A stretch of 64,000 nucleotides of DNA from Planctomycetota bacterium (GTDB lineage: Bacteria; Planctomycetota; UBA1135; UBA2386): NCBI GenBank assembly GCA_046290465.1, contig JBKAGP010000001.1, forward strand, positions 2,560,001 to 2,624,000, given 5' to 3'. Shown in pieces: positions 50,216 to 58,612 of this stretch (positions are counted from its first letter, which is position 1; each line of letters opens with the position of its first letter). The notes below the pieces were generated by a model. It had not been told where the DNA came from and searched no databases. It saw only the letters and a list, made by a program, of their open reading frames with translations. The translations under genes were made by a program, and so were the position numbers.

Positions 50216-51961
50216 CTACAGGCCGAGGGTGCCGAGCACGCCGTTCGAGGTCAGCAGGTTCGCCGGGTTGGCGAGCGTCAGGCTGATCGACTGGGCGCTG
50301 ATCTGGAAGCCCGTCAGCGCGGTGTTGCTCGGGATCGGGAAGCTGGTCGTCGAAACGCCGCCGTTGCTGATGCCCGACAGGCTGCCGAGCGCCTGGTTGA
50401 TCCAGATCGAGCAGCCCGGCGCGTTGAAGCCGATGACCGACAGCGGCAGGCCGGTGCCCTGGGCGTCGCCGAAGAACGTGATCGAGACCGGCGAGACCGG
50501 GTCGATGTTGCTCGTCGTCAGGTCCCAGCTGCCACCGAGGACCGGCAGGTTCGAGTCGAGTTCGAGCGGCGCGATGCCGTTGTCGAAGACCATCACGCCC
50601 GTCAGCAGCTCCGCGCTCCAGTCGGTATCGCGAACGACCGTCGCGTTGCCCGGCGTCGCGCCGAACAGCGGCGTGTGCCAGACGCTCGCCCCGGTGAACG
50701 ACATGCTGTCGAAGACGATCGTGCAGTTGCCGGTCGCCACCTCGATCTGGTACTGCCAGGTGTCCGTGCCGGTGCCGTTGTAGGGCTGCACGCCGACCCA
50801 GGTCACGTAGGCGATGCCGCCGATCTCCTCGACGAGCACCTGACCGGCCTGGTTCGGGCTCCAGTCGTACCACGGCCCGCAGATGGTCGGATCGACGAAG
50901 GCCTCGAACTCGGCGAGCGTCGGGGACCAGTCGGCCGGCGCCGCCGGCGCGTTGTCCGACAGGTGCACGTAACCGTTGGTGCAGATCTGCAGCGTGCTGG
51001 TGACGCCACCGGGCACGGGCATCGGCGCCGACAGCGTGAACGCGCCGAAGGCATCGTCCGTCGTCGCGACGACGGTCGCCGCGGCGGTCGGCGCGACGTA
51101 TGTTCCCGGGATGCTGTCGAGGATCGTGTACTCGGCGCCCGTGCGCAGGAACGTGATCGCCGAACCCGAGCCCATGATGTCGGGCAGCGTCGCGCCGCCG
51201 GCCGTGTTGCCGAACAGCTCGTAGCGCGCATCGACCTGCGAGATGCAGCCTTCACCGTAGACGAGGCGGGTGCCGCAGCCGGCGTTGGCGACCACCGGCA
51301 CGTAGCCTGGGTTGGTCGCGATCAGCGTGCAGGTGAGGCCCTGCAGGTCCAGCGAGTTGGCCGCGAACACTTCGTGCGTCATGTCGTCGGGCGACGGGAT
51401 GCTCGCCGACAGGTCGATCGAAGCCGCCTGCACCGTGCCGAGGCCCGGGCTGACGCCGGCGATCGCTTCGGTCACCTGGTAGGCGGTCGACTCGTAGCTG
51501 AGGTCGACGTCGCCGGTGGCGCGCAGCGTGCACTGCAGGTTCATCTGCGGCGTGTTGCCGAACGCGACGACGTTGACCCACGTGACGGTGCACTGCCCGG
51601 GCACGCTGGTGTCGACCAGCACGTCGCCGCCGTTGGCGACGATGCAGTTGAGGTCGTCCCACAGCACGGCGACGCGCGGCGCACCCGTGGCCATGTCGGC
51701 GGCCGACGGCGACAGGTCGCTGTCGGTGATCGCGGCGCTACCGTCGGACAGGTAGCAGAACCCGTTGGTCGACGGGTGCACGTACTGGTAGGTCGCGCCC
51801 CCGATCGGGAACGCGAAACCCATGTCGATACCGTTGCCGGAGTTGACGACGACGTCGTCGCCGCCGCCGTACGAGGTGGCACCGGCGCCGGCGGTGATGC
51901 ACTGGCCCATGACGGCCGGTGCGAGAAGGGAGAGGGTCAGCGACCCGAGGAACTTCTGCAT
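50216..51961 (-). CDS. Secreted surface protein, paralog of 36557..38146, with lineage-type C-terminal domain
   Basis: ATG 51961 MQKFLGSLTLSLLAPAVMGQ; nidogen-like segments (MGFAFPIGG, STNGFCYL, LWDDL); C-terminus PVLGGSWDLTT..IDPVSPVSITFFG..NAPGC..NLLTSNGVLGTLGL. Confidence 0.85.
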   Translation of the reverse strand: MQKFLGSLTLSLLAPAVMGQCITAGAGATSYGGGDDVVVNSGNGIDMGFAFPIGGATYQYVHPSTNGFCYLSDGSAAITDSDLSPSAADMATGAPRVAVLWDDLNCIVANGGDVLVDTSVPGQCTVTWVNVVAFGNTPQMNLQCTLRATGDVDLSYESTAYQVTEAIAGVSPGLGTVQAASIDLSASIPSPDDMTHEVFAANSLDLQGLTCTLIATNPGYVPVVANAGCGTRLVYGEGCISQVDARYELFGNTAGGATLPDIMGSGSAITFLRTGAEYTILDSIPGTYVAPTAAATVVATTDDAFGAFTLSAPMPVPGGVTSTLQICTNGYVHLSDNAPAAPADWSPTLAEFEAFVDPTICGPWYDWSPNQAGQVLVEEIGGIAYVTWVGVQPYNGTGTDTWQYQIEVATGNCTIVFDSMSFTGASVWHTPLFGATPGNATVVRDTDWSAELLTGVMVFDNGIAPLELDSNLPVLGGSWDLTTSNIDPVSPVSITFFGDAQGTGLPLSVIGFNAPGCSIWINQALGSLSGISNGGVSTTSFPIPSNTALTGFQISAQSISLTLANPANLLTSNGVLGTLGL

Positions 51962-52184
51962 CTTGCGAATCGGAGAGACGTGGCGGGAATCCGCGCACGA
52001 ACAACCTGGTACAGAGGGGCGAGCCCAGGTGGGGCGAACCAAGGGCAGGTGCGGGCATGGTAGCGCGCCGGCGCGATCTTGCTGATGCGCGCTCCGGATC
52101 CTGCACGTGCCAAAGCTGCAAGCACGATTGCGGATCGACGAATGCACGCGTCGACGAACGCGCGCGTCTACGCTGCGCCGCGGA

Positions 52185-54056
52185 TCAGCGCGGCGTCTCC
52201 GGGAACTTCAGGTACGGCAGCTTCACGCCGTCGAACTCGAAGTTGTCGATGCGCAGCTCCGGCGGCGGCTCGAAGCCGGCGCCGCCCTCGAACGCGATCA
52301 GATCGTTCTGCTCGACCCCGTCGCCCGAGACGCCGAGCGCGCCGACCAGCTGGCCGTTCTTGTAGAGCGGCACCGAGCCGGGGAAGAACGTCAGGCCGTT
52401 CTGGTAGCCCGGATCGGCGGTCTCGTTGCCCCAGCGGTCGACCTGGCCGGGCAGCTGGTTGAGCAGCGCCAGGTTGTAGAGCGGCCCCGGCGCCGTGTTG
52501 CCCTGCGCCGGCGTGAAGTTCGGCAGCGCGGCGATGTATTCCGCCTGGCTGAACGTGCCGCCGATGCCCGGCGGGTAGAACGGCTGCGACAGGAAGCCGA
52601 GCGTGCGGGTCGTCAGCGCGATGCCGCGGTTCTGCCCGGTGGGGTCGGTCGGGAAGCCCTGCCACGCATCGCCGAACGGGAAGTCGAAGCCGCTGTTGGA
52701 GACGTTGGTCGAGAACGGACCGCCGGGACGGCAGTAGTAGACCGTCGAACGCGCCTTGGCCGGCACCACGTCGATCGCGTCGGTCAGCGTGTCCTCCATC
52801 CGGTAGTGCGCCAGGATCAGGCCGCGCGCGTCGACGATCGTCGCGATGATCTTCGACGAACTGCCGAGCGGGAGGCGCACCTGGCCACGCGTGATGTTCG
52901 CGCTGGCGACACACTGCGCGATGATCGTCTCGACGTCGTTCTGCGTCAGCACCTCGCCGCCGTTGCCGGTCTGTGCCGGGCGCGGGCCGATCAGGTAACC
53001 GAACGGGTCCTCGCGGCCGGGCACGGGCGCCTGCACGAACGCGCCGGGCGCAGCGCCGACGCGCGCCTGGTAGCCGGCAGGGATCGTCGTCTGCTTCACG
53101 TAGGGCAGCAGCACCCCGACGATCGTGATCGCGCCCTCGAGCGGGATCGCGTCGAAGAAGAAGTCCTCGTCGCCGACCGCACCCGAACCCGACGCACCCT
53201 GGATCGCCGCATACTCACCCGCCGCGACGTCCGGCTCACCGGCCTGCGGGCCCGACGTGCGCACGACGTAGACGCCGACGCCGCCCACCAGGCGGGCGAC
53301 CCCGCTGGCGTTGGCCTTGAACAGCGGCACCGCGCCCGGCAACAGCGTGATGCCGGGGCTCGGGAACGTGCCGCCGATGTTGCGCGACGGCTGGAAGAAG
53401 ATGTTCGCCGCGTTCGGATCGGGCAACGGCTCCCCGGGCGGGCCCGGCTGCGCGTTGTTGGTGTTGAACAACGTCGGCGGCGTCGTCAGGCCGGTCGCCA
53501 CGTTGGCGCCGCGGTTGGTCGAGTTGATCTGCCACAGCGGCCCCTGCGGGGTGCCGGCGACGCCGGAGCAGCGCCGGGTCGGCGCGATCACCGTGTTGCC
53601 GGCGCCGCTGGTCGGCAGCTGCGAGGCGATCAGTTCGTCCGCGAACGTCGGCGGGAAGTGGAAGCGCCCGAGCGTCTCGACGGTGCGCGACGACAGCGGC
53701 GCCTGGCTGTTGGAGAAGAACGACGTCGTGCGCGCCAGGCTGACGGCGATGTTGTCGGCGTCGGTCTCGGTCGCCCCCACCGTCGAGTAGACGCCGAGGA
53801 TGTCGCCGGTCCGATCGGTGACCGCCGCGTGGATCTCGATCGTGGCCGGTGCGATCGCTTCGATCGAGTTGATCGCGCGCGCCAGGATCGTGTTCACCTC
53901 GACAGCGGTCAGCGGGATCGCCGGACCACCGGTGACGAAGATCGTCGGCGCCGACGTGCCGTTGGCGCTGCACGAGCTGAGGCCGATCGGCGCGGCGGTG
54001 CCGGCGACGGCGAGCAGGCCGAGCGCGACCCAGCGCTTCTTGGAGAGGAGAGTCAT
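52185..54056 (-). CDS. Lipoprotein with two GlcG/HbpS (heme-binding) domains
   Basis: ATG 54056, lipobox-like GLSSC. Domain 1: AAVTDRTGDILG..LARTTSFF..PGAVPLFK..LVGGVGV. Domain 2: IVDARGLILA..AKARS..PGSVPLYKNGQLVGALGVSGDGVEQND. Confidence 0.8.
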   Translation of the reverse strand: MTLLSKKRWVALGLLAVAGTAAPIGLSSCSANGTSAPTIFVTGGPAIPLTAVEVNTILARAINSIEAIAPATIEIHAAVTDRTGDILGVYSTVGATETDADNIAVSLARTTSFFSNSQAPLSSRTVETLGRFHFPPTFADELIASQLPTSGAGNTVIAPTRRCSGVAGTPQGPLWQINSTNRGANVATGLTTPPTLFNTNNAQPGPPGEPLPDPNAANIFFQPSRNIGGTFPSPGITLLPGAVPLFKANASGVARLVGGVGVYVVRTSGPQAGEPDVAAGEYAAIQGASGSGAVGDEDFFFDAIPLEGAITIVGVLLPYVKQTTIPAGYQARVGAAPGAFVQAPVPGREDPFGYLIGPRPAQTGNGGEVLTQNDVETIIAQCVASANITRGQVRLPLGSSSKIIATIVDARGLILAHYRMEDTLTDAIDVVPAKARSTVYYCRPGGPFSTNVSNSGFDFPFGDAWQGFPTDPTGQNRGIALTTRTLGFLSQPFYPPGIGGTFSQAEYIAALPNFTPAQGNTAPGPLYNLALLNQLPGQVDRWGNETADPGYQNGLTFFPGSVPLYKNGQLVGALGVSGDGVEQNDLIAFEGGAGFEPPPELRIDNFEFDGVKLPYLKFPETPR

Positions 54057-54058
54057 GG

Positions 54059-55741
54059 CTACCAGGTCGTCAGGATGTTGGTGAACACGTTGTAGCGGAT
54101 GTCGTCCGAGTCGTAGATCCGCGCAAAGCCGTCGTCCGGGAACAGCGCCGAGGCGCCGAACTGCAGGATGACGTTGTTGGTCAGGAACGGCCGATACTGC
54201 GTCCCGACGAAGATCTCGGTGCCGATCGACTTGTCGACGTCGGCAGCCTGCAGCAGGAACTCGAGCGAATTGGTCTTGTCGAAGCGCAGGTAGGTGAAGC
54301 CGGCCTGCGCGCGCCACTTCGGCGTCAGCTCGAAGTCGCCGGCCATGCCGAACAGGATCACCCCGGGGTTGACGAAGTTGGACTGGCCCTGCGTCTTGCT
54401 GGTCTGCAGGTCGGCCAGCGGACTGAACGGCTGCGTCAGCGCGGTGCCGACGAACTTCAGCGCCTGGCTGTTCCAGAACGAGAACTGGCCGCCACCGAAG
54501 TTCGGCGCGTCGTTGATCGCGTCGAAGCCGGTCGCGTCGCCGTCGCGCGGATCGCTGTCCCCCGACGCCCACAGGAAGAACGCGCGCGGCCGCCACCAGT
54601 CGATGTCGTAGCTCAGCTCGAACGCCGCCAGCGTCGAATCGATGTCGACGCTGCGCGCGGCGATCTCGTTCTGCGACTCCTCGCCGAGCGCCTTGTAGAG
54701 CGCGTGCGTGACGTTCCAGCGGCCGAAGTGGCCCTCGCCGGCCCAGCCGAAGTAGTAGGCGTCGATCTCGTTCGGCGTGAAGTTGCCGAGCGGCTTGGGC
54801 GAGACCAGGAAGCGGTTGTCGTCGAACTCGAAGCCGCGGCGGTCGCGGTTGTAGTGGAACGAGAACGACGTGGTGTAGCCGAGCACCGGCCAGTCCTGCC
54901 GGTAGACGTTCGCGATGAACACGTTCTGGTCACGATCCTCGAGGTTGTTGAGCTGCGAGTTCGTGTCCTTGTCGAGCGTGTCGAACAGCGCGACGTTGTA
55001 CTGCCACTTGTTGTTGTCGGCGTTGCCGAACAAGCGGATGCCGAGCTGGCTGTCCTCGAAGATGAAGCCGCGGAAGTCGCTGCGGAACGGCAGGATGCCG
55101 GCCTCGAGCGACATGAAGTCGTAGCGGTCGTTCCAGTCGAACAGGTGGTATTCGAGGAACGCCTCCTGCATCGAGAAGTCGCCGCGGTTTCGGGTCGTGC
55201 CCTTGGCCGGATCGATCTCGACGACGCCGACCTCCTCGACCTCGAGGCGGGTGTAGTTGAACACCGGCGTCACCCGGATCCGCCAGTCGACCGGCTTGAA
55301 CGCCTGCTGGCCGCGGAACAGGTCGAACGAGATCGCCAGGTCGTTCTGCAGGAACGACTGCTTGCCGTCGCCGAAGAACGACTGCGCCACCGGCCCGGGA
55401 CCGGTGATGCCGGACGGCGTCGGCACGTCCCGCACCTCGTAGAACAGCCGGTTGGTGGCCGTCAGCGCGAAGAACAGGTCCTCCTGCCCGAGGATCGGGA
55501 AGTCGCCCTTCAGCACGTTCTGCCGGTAGGGGTTCCACGGGCTGGCGCGCTCGTTGATCGAGTACGGCGGCGGCTCGATGCCGCCGACCGAGCGCCCGGG
55601 TGCGAACCAGCGCGACCCGATCGGGTCGAAGTCGCGTGGCGCGGGCTTCTCCTGTGGTGGCTCCGCCTGCTGCGCCACCAACGGTGACGCCAGCGCGAGC
55701 GCGAGCGGCGTGAGCAGGATGCAACGAACCCGACGCGTCAT
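54059..55741 (-). CDS. Outer-membrane beta-barrel protein (alginate-export/porin-like)
   Basis: Signal ...LVAQQ; QEAFLEY; many amphipathic aromatic strands; ASGDSDPRDG..FD loop; C-terminal aromatic W. Its stop lies 2 nt before the GlcG gene start. Confidence 0.8.
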   Translation of the reverse strand: MTRRVRCILLTPLALALASPLVAQQAEPPQEKPAPRDFDPIGSRWFAPGRSVGGIEPPPYSINERASPWNPYRQNVLKGDFPILGQEDLFFALTATNRLFYEVRDVPTPSGITGPGPVAQSFFGDGKQSFLQNDLAISFDLFRGQQAFKPVDWRIRVTPVFNYTRLEVEEVGVVEIDPAKGTTRNRGDFSMQEAFLEYHLFDWNDRYDFMSLEAGILPFRSDFRGFIFEDSQLGIRLFGNADNNKWQYNVALFDTLDKDTNSQLNNLEDRDQNVFIANVYRQDWPVLGYTTSFSFHYNRDRRGFEFDDNRFLVSPKPLGNFTPNEIDAYYFGWAGEGHFGRWNVTHALYKALGEESQNEIAARSVDIDSTLAAFELSYDIDWWRPRAFFLWASGDSDPRDGDATGFDAINDAPNFGGGQFSFWNSQALKFVGTALTQPFSPLADLQTSKTQGQSNFVNPGVILFGMAGDFELTPKWRAQAGFTYLRFDKTNSLEFLLQAADVDKSIGTEIFVGTQYRPFLTNNVILQFGASALFPDDGFARIYDSDDIRYNVFTNILTTW

Positions 55742-55904
55742 TCGATCCTCATGTGGCTAGGGGTCTCCGACCGACAGAGAGCGAGGGCATTGGAGCCGCG
55801 TCCGGCGCAGCGTGAAAGAACTTTCGATGACGATGTCATGGGACTTTCCCGCTCGCCTGTTCGCTTCCCGACGGACCCTCTACTAGCATCCCAACGCACC
55901 CGCA

Positions 55905-57479
55905 ATGCCACGCTTCCAGCTGCTCGTTCGTGAACTCGGGAAGGAGCCTCGCGTCGTCCCGCTCGGCGACCCGATCGTCGTCGGCCGCTCCCGCAGCGCC
56001 GACCTGACGGTCGACGACGAGGAGGTCGGTCGCAAGCAGTTCCAGATCGGGGTCACCTCGGGATTCGTCGTGCTCGAAGGGCTCGGCGCGACCAACCCGA
56101 CGCGCGTCGACGACGGCACGATCCAGTCCGGCGAGAAGACCACGCTGCCGGTCGGCGCGATGATCCGTGTCGGCAAGACCGAGTTCGTCATCGAGTCGAC
56201 CGACAAGACCGAAGGCATCCCCGCGCCGTCGTCGCCGCACGTCGACCAGACGATGGTAGCCGGCGGACCCGGTCCTGGTGGTGCAGGTCCCGGTGGTGCA
56301 GGCCCGGGTGGTGACGGTGCTGGTGGTGACGGTGCTGGCGCGCAACCCGCCGCCGAGCCCGACCCGGCACCGATGAACACGATGGAGTTCCGCCCGCCGG
56401 GCGTCGGTGCTCCTGGCGCCGCGCCGCCGAGCGCGCCGCCGCCGGACGAGGCGCCGATGAACACGATGGAGTTCCGGCCGCCCGGTGTCGGCGGCCCCGG
56501 AGCAGGAGGTCCGCCGGCTGGTGGCGCAGCATCCCCACCCGCTGGCGGCGAAGAGAATTACGACCAGACGATGGCCAAGGGCTTCCGCCCGGGGCAGTTC
56601 GCTCCCGGCGGTGCGACGCCCCCACCCAAGAGCCCGCCAGCCGAGACACCCCCAGCCGAGACACCCCCAGCCAAGACACCCTTAGCCAAGGCTCCGCCCG
56701 CGCAACCGCCGAAGGCGACCGCACCGCAACCGGCACCAGCCCAGCCGGCCGCACCGCAACCTGCACCGCCCCGACCCGATCCGGAACCGGAGCCGCAGCC
56801 CGCAGCACCGCCGAAGGCCGGGCCCGCGACGCCGGACCGGCCGAAGACGGTCGCCGTGCGTCCCGAGGACCTCGCCGCCGTTCCGGGCGCGCCGCTCGGC
56901 GACGACCTCGAGTCGCGGCTGCACCAGTCGATGCCGCGCCTGTTCGTGAAGGGCGAAGGGCTGAAGCGTCCGGTGCGGTTGATGAAGAGCAACAACCGCG
57001 TCGGCCGGGCCGAGACCGCGGACGTGCTGCTGCCGCACGAGTCGGTGTCCGAGCAGCACGCCGAGATCCGCTTCGACGGCGAGCTGTGGACGCTGCACGA
57101 TTCCGGCAGCACCAACGGCACGATCGTCGACGGCCAGCACCTTCGCGGCGGCTCCCAGGTGCTGCGGCGCAACGCGCTGATCGGCATCGGCGCGCTGAAG
57201 CTGATCTTCCTGTGCATCGACCGCAGGCACGAGGCGCAGGACCGCCGCGACGAAGAACGCGCGCTGCAGCTGCTCGGCAGGTCGGGCCGCATCGATCGCG
57301 GCACGGCCAACGAGATCCGCCAGATGGTGCGCAGCGACGCGCACCAGTCGATCGCCGAGATCGTGCTGCGCGACACCCCGATGTCGCCGACCGACTGGGC
57401 CAACGCGGTCGTCACCGCCCGCTCCAAGGTCTCGTTGCTGCAGCGACTGCTGCGGCTGTTCTCGTTCGGCAAGCGATGA
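55905..57479 (+). CDS. Double-FHA protein with Pro/Gly-rich linker
   Basis: N-terminal semi-degenerate FHA (VVGRSRS..GATNPT); canonical second FHA (VGRAE..VSEQHAEI..DSGSTNGT); low-complexity linker with repeats. Confidence 0.85.
   Translation: MPRFQLLVRELGKEPRVVPLGDPIVVGRSRSADLTVDDEEVGRKQFQIGVTSGFVVLEGLGATNPTRVDDGTIQSGEKTTLPVGAMIRVGKTEFVIESTDKTEGIPAPSSPHVDQTMVAGGPGPGGAGPGGAGPGGDGAGGDGAGAQPAAEPDPAPMNTMEFRPPGVGAPGAAPPSAPPPDEAPMNTMEFRPPGVGGPGAGGPPAGGAASPPAGGEENYDQTMAKGFRPGQFAPGGATPPPKSPPAETPPAETPPAKTPLAKAPPAQPPKATAPQPAPAQPAAPQPAPPRPDPEPEPQPAAPPKAGPATPDRPKTVAVRPEDLAAVPGAPLGDDLESRLHQSMPRLFVKGEGLKRPVRLMKSNNRVGRAETADVLLPHESVSEQHAEIRFDGELWTLHDSGSTNGTIVDGQHLRGGSQVLRRNALIGIGALKLIFLCIDRRHEAQDRRDEERALQLLGRSGRIDRGTANEIRQMVRSDAHQSIAEIVLRDTPMSPTDWANAVVTARSKVSLLQRLLRLFSFGKR
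56367..56492 (+). repeat. Intragenic duplicated motif APMNTMEFRPPGVG (two ~42-bp copies)
   Basis: Copies at 56367-56408 and 56451-56492; 15-bp tandem repeats also nearby (about 56271-56339 and 56637-56690). Confidence 0.85.
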
Positions 57480-57501
57480 CGCCGCCGGCTGTACCAGGAC
57501 G

Positions 57502-58590
57502 ATGAACCTCGCCTTCCTCCGCTCCCCGCACGCCGTCGTCGCGATCGCCGCGGTCGGCGCGTTCGTCGCCTGGCACCTGGTCGCAGCGCAACCGTTCGGG
57601 GACCGCGGCGACGACAATGTCTGGTACCTGCTGACGACCGGCTGGGTCGCGGTCGCGGCCTACGTCGTGCTGGCGCTCTACGCCGCCCGCCGCGCCGCGC
57701 ACCGCCTGCGGCTCAGCCCCGAGTTCGGCTGGGAGGCGAAGCTGCCGCAGCTCGAACGGGCCCAGACGCAGCTGAGCGAACTCGAGAACCGCGTCGCCCG
57801 CCGCGAGCTGATCGGCAGGGGCGAGGTCCACAAGGCCGCGCGCGACATCCTGCGTCGCCACGACGTGCACCGCGTGCTGCGCGTCGACGTGCAGCGCGAC
57901 GGCGCCGCCATCGGGCTGCTGCGCGTCGACGTGCAGCCGCGCAACGCACTCGGCACGCTGGCGAGCTGGCTGTCGGCGCACGTCTGGTACGGCATCGCCG
58001 CGGCGCTGCTGGTCTGGTTCCACGGCGGCGGCCGCTGCGGCTCGACGATGGGGCTGCTGCTCAACGCGCTCAGCTACTTCGTGATCGGTAGCGGCCTGCT
58101 CGGCGCGTTCTTCTGGGCGGTCGGACCGACCTGGCTGACCCGCGCCGAACGCGAGCTGTCGATCGAGAAGGCGGTCGCCCTGCGCGCCCACTTCGACCGC
58201 AAGTGCAAGGCCGCCAACGACGCGCTCGCGTCCGCGCCCGAACGGCGTGAGCGCGCCGAGGCCGAGGTCGCCGAACGCCAGGCCGCGGCTGCGGCCGCCG
58301 CCAAGGCCGCCGACGGCAACAAGGACAAGAAGCTGGCCAAGGCCAAGAAGGACGCCGACAAGGAGCTCAAGAAGGCCAAGGGCGAGGTCGCGGCGATCGA
58401 CAAGGAGGTCGCCGCCCTGCCCACGGAGCTGACCGTGCTCGAGGGCCAGCGCGACCGCGTCCGCCGCGAAGCCGCGCGCCTCGAGCGCTACCGGACCCTG
58501 CTACGCGGCTGGCGTCTGTTCCACGTGCCGTGCTCGGTCCTGCTGCTCGCGCTGGTGGCCGTGCACGTGCTGAGCATCTGGTACTACTGA
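57502..58590 (+). CDS. Integral membrane protein with two Hx13H helices (putative di-heme b, ferric-reductase/cytochrome b-like)
   Basis: About 5 TM helices; HVWYGIAAALLVWFH and HVPCSVLLLALVAVH; Lys/Ala coiled-coil loop. Confidence 0.7.
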   Translation: MNLAFLRSPHAVVAIAAVGAFVAWHLVAAQPFGDRGDDNVWYLLTTGWVAVAAYVVLALYAARRAAHRLRLSPEFGWEAKLPQLERAQTQLSELENRVARRELIGRGEVHKAARDILRRHDVHRVLRVDVQRDGAAIGLLRVDVQPRNALGTLASWLSAHVWYGIAAALLVWFHGGGRCGSTMGLLLNALSYFVIGSGLLGAFFWAVGPTWLTRAERELSIEKAVALRAHFDRKCKAANDALASAPERRERAEAEVAERQAAAAAAAKAADGNKDKKLAKAKKDADKELKKAKGEVAAIDKEVAALPTELTVLEGQRDRVRREAARLERYRTLLRGWRLFHVPCSVLLLALVAVHVLSIWYY

Positions 58591-58612
58591 TCCTCCCCCA
58601 CCAAACGACGAC

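Noticed and set aside
56271..56760. Short periodic repeats resembling a CRISPR or VNTR array
   Set aside because: They are in-frame 15-bp coding repeats of a Pro/Gly linker, with no unique spacers and no cas genes.
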